43,430 nt of DNA, taken from a virus. Below are positions 1 to 7,605 of this stretch, piece by piece. Numbering within the stretch: position 1 is the stretch's first letter; every line of letters begins with the position of its first letter. The position numbers and the translations under genes are program-made. The stretch lies in the IMG/VR virus record IMGVR_UViG_3300003775_000002; one strand, 5' to 3'. The notes beneath the pieces are model-generated. The model did no database searches and was not told where the DNA came from. It worked only from the letters and a program-made list of their open reading frames with translations.

Positions 1-101
1 GCCTGCGTCTTTCGACACAAGCCGTTGATTCCATTACCTTTTACCACTGCAAATACTGGTCGGAGCGATAGGATTCGAACCTACGACCCTCTGATCCCAA
101 A
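1..101. repeat. attL copy of the 101-bp att duplication
   Basis: Positions 1..101 are identical base for base to 43330..43430. The window starts and ends exactly on the repeat. Confidence 0.9.
57..101 (-). pseudogene. Orphan 3' fragment of tRNA-Pro(UGG), anticodon loop to CCA
   Basis: The reverse complement reads TTTGGGA TCAGA GGGTC GTAGG TTCGAAT CCTAT CGCTCCG A CCA. These are the anticodon loop with UGG and G37, the 3' anticodon stem, a 5-nt variable loop, the T arm, the acceptor 3' strand with G72, discriminator A73 and CCA. Sequence past 101 cannot form the 5' anticodon stem, D arm or a CGGAGCG acceptor strand. Confidence 0.8.
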
Positions 102-156
102 GCAAACTCGAAATCACCCGCTGGGGACCGTGGTTCAGCCAAAAACGGTCTGCTCG

Positions 157-170
157 TTTCCAATATTTCC
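157..170. promoter_or_regulatory. Candidate integrase arm-type site, inverted copy of ATATTGGAA
   Basis: TTTCCAATATTTCC contains the reverse complement of the ATATTGGAA core found at 219..231 and 43293..43305. Confidence 0.3.
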
Positions 171-218
171 GCACTCTCCAGCCCACGACAGCATGCGGCT
201 TTCCGGGTAGCGTCGAGC

Positions 219-231
219 AGGATATTGGAAG
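219..231. promoter_or_regulatory. Candidate integrase arm-type site AGGATATTGGAAG, attL-side arm
   Basis: This 13-mer is identical to 43293..43305. It lies between the att core and the int stop codon. Confidence 0.35.
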
Positions 232-235
232 GATT

Positions 236-1357
236 TCACCCCGCCTTCGGCACCTTCAGACGCACCTCGCTGACCGGCACCGCACGCGACTTCACATAGA
301 TCTCGGTCGTCTTCGAGTCAGCGTGTGCGGCAGCGACCTGCAGCTGGGCAAGCGTATAGCCGGCACGCTCGGCGTCGGTCAGCGCCTTGGCCCGGATGTC
401 CTTCACCGTGTACCCTGCATCTTCCAGCTTGGCTCGGCGCGCGGCCCGCTTCCATGCGGTCAGCACAGCGTTGGCCTCGTACGGCTGACCCTCGATCGAG
501 TGGATGACGAACTGGCTGCTCTTCACCTTGCCGAGTGCCTGGGCTCGCTTCAGAACCGCCTTGATCTCCGGGGTGATCGGCCAATCGACTGCCTCTGCCG
601 TGCTGTCCTCTGTCTTCGTGGGCACGAAATGGATGACCTTGGCATCCCAGTCCACCCACGACGATCCGCCAGCGGCCCCCGGGTCAGCCTTCCAGCGCAG
701 CAGCCGGATTTCGGTGGAGCGCTGGGCGGTCAGGTAGCACAGGTCGACGAAGCACTGCATCATCTCGCCGGCCGGAACCTTGCTGACGATCTCCTGGCCG
801 GCCTTCGTGGTGCGCACGTAGCTGGCCAGCTTTGCCCGGATGGCGCGGAAGTGAGCGTCCGTAATGTAGACGTCCCGGGCCTTGGGCTTCTTCAGTTTGA
901 CTTCGCGGCACGGGTTGGCGGCGATCAGCCGCTTGCCGATGCAGTAGTCGAAAAAGCCGGACATGAACGAGCGCATCACGCGCTGCATGTGCAGCTTGCC
1001 CGTCCAGTTTTGCCGCAGGAAATCGACGACGTCGGCAGGCGCCACGCTGGCCAGGCGGAAGTCCTTGAACGCCTCGCCGGCATACTTCCCGTACGCGGGC
1101 CAGGCCTTCTCTTTGTGAGCGTCCTTGTGCAGCCGGACGTATTCGGCAATCAGCGGGCTCATGTCGCCGGTGCCCGCATTGGATTCGAAGTCCCCAATCT
1201 CGGCCTCGAGGCGCTTCAGCATCGTGCGCTGCCCTTCATCCACGCGACACAGCCGAATCCATTTCTGGTCGCTCGGCCGCACCCAGTAGAAGCTGGCGCC
1301 GCGTTGGTACACGCGGCTCGGCATGCCCAGGTTCGTCTGCCGTCGGCGTGCGTTCAT
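236..1357 (-). CDS. int: Tyrosine recombinase / phage integrase
   Basis: ORF 236..1603 is trimmed to the ATG at 1357 (MNARRRQTNLGMPSRVY). It has an Arg box (AQRSTEIRLLRW), KDIRAKALTD, and a C-terminal AAHADSKTTEIYVKS with the catalytic Tyr. It is adjacent to the att site. Its ATG overlaps the upstream stop as ATGA. Confidence 0.9.
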   Translation of the reverse strand: MNARRRQTNLGMPSRVYQRGASFYWVRPSDQKWIRLCRVDEGQRTMLKRLEAEIGDFESNAGTGDMSPLIAEYVRLHKDAHKEKAWPAYGKYAGEAFKDFRLASVAPADVVDFLRQNWTGKLHMQRVMRSFMSGFFDYCIGKRLIAANPCREVKLKKPKARDVYITDAHFRAIRAKLASYVRTTKAGQEIVSKVPAGEMMQCFVDLCYLTAQRSTEIRLLRWKADPGAAGGSSWVDWDAKVIHFVPTKTEDSTAEAVDWPITPEIKAVLKRAQALGKVKSSQFVIHSIEGQPYEANAVLTAWKRAARRAKLEDAGYTVKDIRAKALTDAERAGYTLAQLQVAAAHADSKTTEIYVKSRAVPVSEVRLKVPKAG

Positions 1358-1614
1358 GCTGCGCGTCCTTGGAACGTGACCTTGCGGAGCGCCGGCCGCG
1401 CGGTGGGCGTGAGCGGCACCACTTCGGCATTGCCCACGCCGGCCTTCTTGGCCTCCAGCGCGCGATAGGTTTCCCAGGTCATCATGACCCGGCCGTCGCC
1501 GCGGCGCAGCGTCTCGATCCGGAACGCGGCTTCCAGCCAGCGCGCCTGTGCGGACCAGCGCTTCTTGCCGGTCAGCTCCTGCAGGTCTCCTTCGGTCATC
1601 CATCCGGTCTTCAT
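1354..1614 (-). CDS. Excisionase-like DUF4224-type small DNA-binding protein
   Basis: MKTGWMTEGDLQELTGKKRWSAQARWLEAAFRIETLRRGDGRVMMTWETY matches the DUF4224 pattern found upstream of phage integrases. A GGGGGA Shine-Dalgarno lies 7 nt before the ATG at 1614. The gene is translationally coupled to int. Confidence 0.65.
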   Translation of the reverse strand: MKTGWMTEGDLQELTGKKRWSAQARWLEAAFRIETLRRGDGRVMMTWETYRALEAKKAGVGNAEVVPLTPTARPALRKVTFQGRAA

Positions 1615-1691
1615 TTGTCGATCCCCCAAAGGCTGCGGGTCATTTCGATGATGCGTACTACTGCGTCGATCATTGGTCGATCTATGGTGAA

Positions 1692-2126
1692 TTATTGGTT
1701 TTGAATAATTTGGGATAAAACGTCGGCCGGTACGTCGAAGAAGCCAAGCCGGCCGGCCAGCGGCGTGAAGGGCAGGGGCTGGGCGTTCCGCAAGGCGAAA
1801 CCTTGGCAGTCGGGCATGTGCCAGAACGACGTCCGGCGTTCTGGCGGTACGCAGCCGATCACCTCGGCCACGCCGACGATGCCGCCGCGCTGCAGATCCT
1901 CAAACCGAGGGAAGCGGGCACGAATGCCGGCGCGCTCCAATGACTGCCGCGCCACGCTGTACTCCGCCTTGGTCATGCCCTTGGCCGCGTGGATCAGCAG
2001 AGGCCCGCGGAATCGCGTGGCCCACGACCGGTTCTCGATGTCCTTGTGGCCGTTGACGATCAGCCAGGCCCAGGGCTGGCGGATGGACAGGGCTTTGGTG
2101 GGAAGGGGGCGGGTCAGGGTCTTCAT
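1692..2126 (-). CDS. ASCH-domain protein
   Basis: This is the C-terminal 144 aa of ORF 1692..2816, starting MKTLTRPLPTKALSIRQPWAWLIVNGHKDIENRSW. That is a typical ASCH N-terminal beta-barrel signature. The upstream part of the long ORF is Arg/Ala-rich junk. Confidence 0.7.
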   Translation of the reverse strand: MKTLTRPLPTKALSIRQPWAWLIVNGHKDIENRSWATRFRGPLLIHAAKGMTKAEYSVARQSLERAGIRARFPRFEDLQRGGIVGVAEVIGCVPPERRTSFWHMPDCQGFALRNAQPLPFTPLAGRLGFFDVPADVLSQIIQNQ

Positions 2127-2142
2127 GCGAACAGGTCTCCAA

Positions 2143-2412
2143 TCAAAACTCGAAGCTATCCTGCGTCGGGGCGCCGATGCGCTTGAAAAGCGCCTGGTGC
2201 TCGGGGCAGTAGTGGACGTCGTGGCCGGCCTCGTGCGCATGCATGCTGCACAGGTGCCGGTCGCAGGTTTTGCCGGGCGCGACAGGGTAGTCGCACTGGA
2301 ACGCGCTCGGCATGCGGCAACTGTCTGCCGTGCAACGAGGGGCAGCGCTGCGCTTGCGCGAGCAGATGAAGCCGCGCAGGCCGTCGGGTGTTTGGAATGG
2401 GGTGCAGGGCAT
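2143..2412 (-). CDS. Cys/His-rich small protein, probably zinc-binding
   Basis: MPCTPFQTPDGLRGFICSRKRSAAPRCTADSCRMPSAFQCDY...CDRHLCSMHAHEAGHDVHYCPEH. A GAGG Shine-Dalgarno lies 7 nt before the ATG at 2412. Confidence 0.6.
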   Translation of the reverse strand: MPCTPFQTPDGLRGFICSRKRSAAPRCTADSCRMPSAFQCDYPVAPGKTCDRHLCSMHAHEAGHDVHYCPEHQALFKRIGAPTQDSFEF

Positions 2413-2456
2413 GAGCAAACCTCAAGGTTTCCGTCCTGACTGCCGATACGGCAGAC

Positions 2457-2714
2457 ATGGATATGCGCAAAGAACTGATTGAGATCCTCGGCCCTGATGC
2501 CGGCCCCGAGACCGCCGATAAGGTCATGGCTCTGACCTTGGATCTGCGGGCGAAGATGGATGCCATTAACGTCATACGGAAGGCCACCGGCCAAATCTCC
2601 ATCCAAGAGGAGATCGATCGGGACATGGAAGATCTTCGGCAGATGGTGGCCGAGGGCATCCTGCCGCCCGAGGAAATTGAGGGGCTGTTCGACGACGATG
2701 GCAAGCTGCTCTAG
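2457..2714 (+). CDS. Highly acidic 85-aa helical protein, hypothetical
   Basis: The plus-strand frame has strongly G/C-biased third positions and balanced composition (21 D/E against 10 K/R). The overlapping minus ORF 2156..2704 is Arg/Ser junk. The gene converges on the methyltransferase stop codon 12 bp away. Confidence 0.65.
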   Translation: MDMRKELIEILGPDAGPETADKVMALTLDLRAKMDAINVIRKATGQISIQEEIDRDMEDLRQMVAEGILPPEEIEGLFDDDGKLL

Positions 2715-2725
2715 TCGCGTCTGAA

Positions 2726-3790
2726 TCACGGCGCGACCTCCAACACAAAGCCCGGCTGGCGCGTCCGCTCTGCCTGCAGCGCGATATATTCGGGATTCAA
2801 CTCGGCGCCGAGCCACCGGCGGCCGAGCCGCTGCGCGACACTAGCTACCGTGCCCGAGCCCATGAACGGGTCGAAGACGATGTCGCCGGGCCGGCTGCCC
2901 GCCAACACGCAGGGTTCGACCAGCGCTTCCGGGAAGGTGGCGAAGTGCGCGCCGTCGAACGATTGTGTCGGGATGCTCCAGACGCTGCGACGGTTGCGCG
3001 TGTCGACCAGCCCGTTCACCGAGCCCGAGAACGACACGTTCTGTTTCACGCGCGGCTTGGCCGCCTTGTCATAGCCGCGGCCAAAGCCCACGCCGGTGCC
3101 GGTATATCGGCCCGTCAGCTCGCGGTGGCCACCCGGCGCCGTGTCCCATCCGCTGGGCATGGCCTTCGGGTTGACGCCAGATCCCCGCGCGTGCGCCGTG
3201 CCGCTGACCGGCTCCTGCATGGCGTCGAAGTCGTAGAAGTACTTCTCGCTCTTGGTCAGCAGGAACAGGTACTCGTGCGCTTTGGTGCAGCGGTCGCGCA
3301 CACTCTCTGGCATCGGGTTGGGCTTGTGCCAAATGATGTCCTGACGGAGCCACCAGCCGGCGTCCTGCAACGCAAACGCAAGGCGCCACGGCTGGCCCAC
3401 TAGGTCTTTCGGCTTCAGCCCTTCGACGCGCACGTCGCTGCGCGGGATCGACGTATCGTCGCGTCGACGGCTGGCCGTCATGGCTCGCGCCTTAGTTGAG
3501 GCCGGCGACGGCCCCCATGCCGCGCCGCGCGTGCCGGCGTAGCTGTCGCCCATGTTCAGCCACAGCGTTCCGTCGTCGGCGAGCAACTGCCGACAAAGAT
3601 CGAAGACGTCAACCATCCCGGCTATGAACTCCGGCAGCGTGGCCTCGAGGCCCAGTTGTCCATCGACGCCATAGTCGCGCAGACCCCAGTAGGGCGGGCT
3701 GGTGACGATGCATTGCACGCGCACGTCATCGGCGATCAGCGATCGCATGACCTCGCGGCAGTCGCCCTGGTAGCAGTGGTCGGTCAGCAT
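2726..3790 (-). CDS. DNA methyltransferase, amino-methyltransferase type (N4-C or N6-A), SPPY motif
   Basis: ORF trimmed to the ATG at 3790 (MLTDHCYQGDCREVM). It has the catalytic motif IVTSPPYW and a C-terminal AdoMet motif VFDPFMGSGTV (beta-class order). A GGAGG Shine-Dalgarno lies upstream. No cognate endonuclease is visible. Confidence 0.85.
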   Translation of the reverse strand: MLTDHCYQGDCREVMRSLIADDVRVQCIVTSPPYWGLRDYGVDGQLGLEATLPEFIAGMVDVFDLCRQLLADDGTLWLNMGDSYAGTRGAAWGPSPASTKARAMTASRRRDDTSIPRSDVRVEGLKPKDLVGQPWRLAFALQDAGWWLRQDIIWHKPNPMPESVRDRCTKAHEYLFLLTKSEKYFYDFDAMQEPVSGTAHARGSGVNPKAMPSGWDTAPGGHRELTGRYTGTGVGFGRGYDKAAKPRVKQNVSFSGSVNGLVDTRNRRSVWSIPTQSFDGAHFATFPEALVEPCVLAGSRPGDIVFDPFMGSGTVASVAQRLGRRWLGAELNPEYIALQAERTRQPGFVLEVAP

Positions 3791-3825
3791 GCTAGGATGC
3801 CTCCATCCAAAAGAAGGAGACTTCC

Positions 3826-4050
3826 ATGACCAGGGAGCCGTTTGTGCTGAAAGGCGAACACGTTTCCGTAGCCCTTTACATCGTGGATGCACCGGAAGGC
3901 CGCTTCGCATGGGAAATTGTCGTGACCGAGGACGGGGGTGACGAGATGATCGACAGGAAAATTGTCGGCTCCCTGAGCTACTCGACGCTGCAGGAAGCGG
4001 ACAAGGCCGGCAAGGAAATGCAGGCAAAGGTTGCAAAGGGCGCGGCGTAA
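3826..4050 (+). CDS. Hypothetical 74-aa protein
   Basis: A strong AAGGAGA Shine-Dalgarno lies 6 nt before the ATG. The sequence is plausible for a globular protein (FAWEIVVTEDGGDEMIDRKIVGSLSYSTLQEADKAGKEM) and faintly resembles YegP/DUF1508. Its stop is 2 bp from the stop of the convergent C5 methyltransferase. Confidence 0.7.
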   Translation: MTREPFVLKGEHVSVALYIVDAPEGRFAWEIVVTEDGGDEMIDRKIVGSLSYSTLQEADKAGKEMQAKVAKGAA

Positions 4051-4052
4051 CA

Positions 4053-4967
4053 TCACGCTGCCTCCCGAATTGCCGTGATCACGTCGCGCGCCACAGGCGG
4101 GCACACGGCGTTGCCCAGCAGATGCACGGCAGTGCGGTGCTGCTGTGGCAGTCGATAGTCAGCAGGGAAGCCCATGGCGGCGCGGCACTCGTCTGCGCGC
4201 AGCATACGCATGCGGTCGCCGTCGACGATTCCCCAGCGATCGCGCGTGGTAATGGTGCCCAGCGGTCGAGTCAGCGACCGGCCGCCTAGCTCATTTCCGT
4301 AGTAGGCGGTCAGGAACCGATCACCGTGCGCGCGGCGGCCATTCGCGATGCGGCTGAGCGTGGCAGCGGCCCGGCCCGGCTTCTCGATCGCTGACCAGTT
4401 GCCCGCAGCGAAGTCGATGATATCGGCGGCCGGCACATGTTGGCGCTGGGGCAGCTGCAGCATGAGCGGCCGTTCGCTGCGGCTCAGGACCAGGTACAGG
4501 CGCTCACGGTGCTGCGGCACTCCGTGATCTGCCGCATCGATGATGTGCGGCGCGACCTGATACCCCAGCGCCTGCAGCGCGAGGCGCCACGCGGGGTACA
4601 ACTTCCATTGGACGAACTCTGGCACGTTCTCGACGACACCGAACGACGGGCGGTGGTACTCGAGCGCGGACACGACAGCCCACGCTGTCGAGCGGCTGGC
4701 GTCGTGCTGCGGGTTGTTGGCGGACTTGCCGCGGGCCTTGCTGTGGCCTTGGCAGCAGGGCGACGCGAGCAGGATGTCGTGCGCCGGCACCTGTTCCCAG
4801 TTCGCCTGGTGCAGGTCTTGGCAGACGTGCTCCGTACCCGGGTGATTTGCCGCGTGCGTCTCCACGGCCACGGGCCAGTGGTTGCCTGCCCAGACCACCT
4901 GCACGCCGGCCATCTGCGCTCCCGTGGAAAAGCCGCCGGCGCCTGCGAAGAGGTCGATCGCCTTCAT
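4053..4967 (-). CDS. DNA (cytosine-5)-methyltransferase
   Basis: Motif I DLFAGAGGFS, motif IV SPCCQGHS (catalytic Cys) and motif VI VVENVPEF are present, with GNAVCPPV near the C terminus. Confidence 0.9.
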   Translation of the reverse strand: MKAIDLFAGAGGFSTGAQMAGVQVVWAGNHWPVAVETHAANHPGTEHVCQDLHQANWEQVPAHDILLASPCCQGHSKARGKSANNPQHDASRSTAWAVVSALEYHRPSFGVVENVPEFVQWKLYPAWRLALQALGYQVAPHIIDAADHGVPQHRERLYLVLSRSERPLMLQLPQRQHVPAADIIDFAAGNWSAIEKPGRAAATLSRIANGRRAHGDRFLTAYYGNELGGRSLTRPLGTITTRDRWGIVDGDRMRMLRADECRAAMGFPADYRLPQQHRTAVHLLGNAVCPPVARDVITAIREAA

Positions 4968-4998
4968 GCTAGGATGCCTCGCAAAAATGGGGGATTGA

Positions 4999-5664
4999 AT
5001 GGACGAGATCAGATACCGATACTTCGTGACGATCCTGTGCGCGTGCGGGTGCGTGGCACTGGCAGGTTGGGCGCTCTACCTGTGGCAGCCCAGCGGCAGC
5101 GAGGAAGTCGCATCGTGGATTCAGGCAGTCGGCTCTATCGCCGCTATCGGGATCGCCGTCTATGCCGCAAGAATCCAAACTTCCTCGGCACAACGGCAGG
5201 CAAATCTGGCGCTGTTGCAGGCCCACGAAGGTAAATTGCGATCGCTCATCGCAATCATGTTTCCCGCCTACGAGTTGTTCCACGAGGCGCATGCCCATGT
5301 AAAGAGCGTGCGCTCGTGTGAGGCATTCAGGCAAACCTTCGAGGTGTATCGATTTCAGGAACTGGACGAGCTTCTGAGTGCAGTTCCGATTCACGAGCTC
5401 GGCTCCTTTAAATCTGCGAGAGCGATCCTCAACGTCCGACGAGCCATCCGAAGAATTCAGTCGTGCATTGCTGTACGTGAGTATCTTGTGCCAGGAATGG
5501 CGGAAAGCGAGGAGTACTTCAAGCTCGTCGGAGAATCCGAGGTATGCATGACCATCGTCGGCGCGGCCTATGATCTCCACAATGATGCTGTAAGAGAGGC
5601 CGAGAAGACTCGTCTGAACTACTTTTTCAGAGTGACCGAGGAAAGCCCGGCTAGCGAAGGCTGA
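4999..5664 (+). CDS. Membrane protein with two N-terminal TM helices and a helical soluble domain; candidate exclusion/abortive-infection gene
   Basis: A GGGGGA Shine-Dalgarno lies 5 nt before the ATG. TM segments are FVTILCACGCVALAGWALYLW and WIQAVGSIAAIGIAVYAA. The 3' two thirds look lower in GC than the neighbours by eye. The gene lies opposite to the early-left operon. The antisense 421-aa ORF is junk. Confidence 0.7.
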   Translation: MDEIRYRYFVTILCACGCVALAGWALYLWQPSGSEEVASWIQAVGSIAAIGIAVYAARIQTSSAQRQANLALLQAHEGKLRSLIAIMFPAYELFHEAHAHVKSVRSCEAFRQTFEVYRFQELDELLSAVPIHELGSFKSARAILNVRRAIRRIQSCIAVREYLVPGMAESEEYFKLVGESEVCMTIVGAAYDLHNDAVREAEKTRLNYFFRVTEESPASEG

Positions 5665-5675
5665 GTTGCTCGCGA

Positions 5676-6434
5676 TCACAGCGTATCCCCCTGCTCGAGC
5701 GCGCCGAGCTCGCCGTGCGCCGGGCAGGGGGCGGACTTTCGGCCCCCCTTGTTGATCTCTGCGTCGATGGCGTTTGTGAAATGCTCGGCCACTGATCCTT
5801 TCATGAGGTCGATCGCGGCACCGAGCACCGGGCTGACATAGAAAACCTGGTATCCGTGCCCGTCGTATCGCGCGCCAATGAATCGCACAGCTGATCTCCA
5901 GCGCGTAGCGTCGTGTGCCATTCGCTGCAGTTGCTCCAGCAGCGTGACGCTGCCGCCGTCGGGCGGGTCCATGTAGTAGGTGCCTGGCAGCAGAGCCACC
6001 AATTGATCGTCCGTCACCGCCTGCGCAGCGGGTGCTGGGGCTGCACACGTGGGGCAATCCTTCACGCATTGAATCGGGCCGTTGCTGAATTCGACGCCAC
6101 CACAGCCGGTGATCTCGCCATCGGCCACCACGCGCGAACCAGCGCAAGTCCCGCAAGTCGTGGCAGGGGCGGGGTTGCAGTTCGGGCAACGCGTGTCCTC
6201 GGCAACGTAGCCGGTTTCTTCGCACACAAGGCACGGCTCACCCGAAGCGCTAGCGAGCGCGCGAATCTCTTCGGCCAGCTCGGTCAGCGTCGTGTAGTGA
6301 TCCATCTTCTCCTGACGGTCAAAGCAAAGGGTACCGGCGACGCCGTAGCCAAATTCATTGGCGAACTCGTCGGCCTTTCCTGCGACAAAATCTGCGGCTT
6401 CTCTCAGCCCGGCTTGTCGTGCGTTGTCGGTCAT
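5676..6434 (-). CDS. Hypothetical protein with a central CxxC-rich zinc-finger-like segment
   Basis: CLVCEETG, CPNC, CGTCAGS and CPTC clusters are present. The frame has good coding character. An ATGA overlap couples it to the upstream gene. Confidence 0.75.
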   Translation of the reverse strand: MTDNARQAGLREAADFVAGKADEFANEFGYGVAGTLCFDRQEKMDHYTTLTELAEEIRALASASGEPCLVCEETGYVAEDTRCPNCNPAPATTCGTCAGSRVVADGEITGCGGVEFSNGPIQCVKDCPTCAAPAPAAQAVTDDQLVALLPGTYYMDPPDGGSVTLLEQLQRMAHDATRWRSAVRFIGARYDGHGYQVFYVSPVLGAAIDLMKGSVAEHFTNAIDAEINKGGRKSAPCPAHGELGALEQGDTL

Positions 6435-6835
6435 GCTGCCTCCTCAAACAGTTCGTCTTCTGCGACTTCCATGCGATGCACCACGCTCGGCAACGTGCAA
6501 CTGGTGGGCATCTCGATTCCCCAGATTCCCAGTAGCGCATCGAAGCTGATGTGCTTCGGTGCCAGCGTCCCAGAGGTGGTCCCGTTGTTGCCGACGCGCT
6601 TCTCTTTGCTCAGCGCGATCAGGCCGTCTCGGTCGACCACTCTGTAGTAGATCCGGTTCTTTCCAGGCTCGTCGGGAGCCGGTCGACTTGCTAAGTACTT
6701 CCGCAATTCGCGCAGTGCGCTATTGGCGCTCGCAGGAACGCACCCGATCTCTTTGGCCAGGAGAGCGCCGCATACCTCGTCGTTCGCGAGCAGCGCATCG
6801 ATGACCAACTTTTTTAGATTCAAGAAGCGGCTCAT
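6431..6835 (-). CDS. Hypothetical protein, possible winged-helix DNA-binding
   Basis: MSRFLNLKKLVIDALLANDEVCGALLAKEIGCVPASANSALRELRKYL resembles a wHTH N-terminal domain. Confidence 0.7.
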   Translation of the reverse strand: MSRFLNLKKLVIDALLANDEVCGALLAKEIGCVPASANSALRELRKYLASRPAPDEPGKNRIYYRVVDRDGLIALSKEKRVGNNGTTSGTLAPKHISFDALLGIWGIEMPTSCTLPSVVHRMEVAEDELFEEAA

Positions 6836-7011
6836 GCCATCCTCCGTTGCATCTTGATCGAGTTGTTACGCAGCATCGCGTTGTTCATCTCAGCGATCTG
6901 GTGGCGCAGGCTCCGGATCTCTTCGGCGGCATCCTTGCGCAGCTGCCGCGCTTCGGAGCTTTCGCAGTATTCGTTGGCTGACTCCAGCCGTTCGACGATA
7001 TCGGTGCTCAT
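6832..7011 (-). CDS. Hypothetical 59-aa coiled-coil protein, below the ORF-track length cutoff
   Basis: My translation is MSTDIVERLESANEYCESSEARQLRKDAAEEIRSLRHQIAEMNNAMLRNNSIKMQRRMA. It fills the gap exactly, with ATGA-type overlaps at both ends. Confidence 0.6.
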   Translation of the reverse strand: MSTDIVERLESANEYCESSEARQLRKDAAEEIRSLRHQIAEMNNAMLRNNSIKMQRRMA

Positions 7012-7193
7012 GATGCGAAGTGCTTGCTGTGGAGCTGGTCGAGCTTGTCGACCTGGTTGCCGGTGAGCTTGGTGACTTCGCCGGCGTGCATGCGGGTGGC
7101 GACGGAACGCACGAACTGCTGTTCCCAGTCGTTGAGGTCGTCGGTGTCCAACAGACCTTCCAGCCGCTTGATCATCGTGGTGGTGCTGACCAT
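7008..7193 (-). CDS. Hypothetical 61-aa protein
   Basis: ORF 7008..7325 is trimmed to the ATG at 7193 (MVSTTTMIKRLEGLLDTDDLNDWEQQF). A GGGAGGG Shine-Dalgarno lies upstream. The start follows the stop of the upstream gene. Confidence 0.65.
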   Translation of the reverse strand: MVSTTTMIKRLEGLLDTDDLNDWEQQFVRSVATRMHAGEVTKLTGNQVDKLDQLHSKHFAS

Positions 7194-7194
7194 T

Positions 7195-7605
7195 TCACAC
7201 CCTCCCGTGCTCGTAGTCGAAGCCCTCGATGCGCATATCCGGGGCCATGCCTTCATGAAATAGGCTAGTAGCAAGATCGGCCACGTTGACGTGCTGCGAC
7301 CAGCCTTGGGCGCGTAGCGCTTCAATGCGCTTCTTTGCGATTTCCTCAGCGCGGTTGTAGGTCATGTCAACCCACAGGCGTTGACCGAAATTCGGCGCGT
7401 GCCGTGGGGCGTAGACATCCGCGTTGAATGCGACGTGATGCATGCCCATGCCATCACCACAGCTGGGGCACGGCGCTGTAAATGGAGTTACGCCGTCTCG
7501 GCTGTTCCAGATCACCTCATGATGGCCGCAGTCGCAGGCGTAGTGCATCAAGCAGAAGGCCTCGACATGACGATGACCGAGAGGCGTAAGGCGTTGGTTT
7601 GACAT
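7195..7605 (-). CDS. Hypothetical Cys/His-rich protein
   Basis: HYACDCGHHEVIWNSRDGVTPFTAPCPSCG is a putative zinc ribbon. The frame has good coding character. Confidence 0.7.
   Translation of the reverse strand: MSNQRLTPLGHRHVEAFCLMHYACDCGHHEVIWNSRDGVTPFTAPCPSCGDGMGMHHVAFNADVYAPRHAPNFGQRLWVDMTYNRAEEIAKKRIEALRAQGWSQHVNVADLATSLFHEGMAPDMRIEGFDYEHGRV

Noticed and set aside
25-210. 61-aa plus-strand ORF across the left att repeat.
   Set aside because: It runs through the tRNA fragment and terminator DNA that is duplicated at attR. It shows no Shine-Dalgarno and no coding character.
1358-1603. N-terminal extensions of long ORFs. Examples are int to 1603, the ASCH protein to 2816, the methyltransferase to 4036, RecT to 10104, and 7760..8497, 28243..29046, 34210..36837 and 40006..40548.
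   Set aside because: The extensions are low-complexity, overlap the upstream gene, and lack ribosome-binding sites. Internal ATG/GTG starts with Shine-Dalgarno sequences and stop-start coupling fit better.
2156-2704. 182-aa minus-strand ORF overlapping 2457..2714.
   Set aside because: It is Ser/Arg-rich junk and overlaps the Cys-rich gene in another frame. The plus-strand frame has much better composition and third-position bias.
3787-3802. The shared 16-mer as a plus-strand promoter (TAGGAT as the -10) for the divergent small genes.
   Set aside because: Neither copy has a credible -35 at 16 to 18 bp upstream (GTAGCA and GAAGAG). I report it only as a repeat, not as a promoter.
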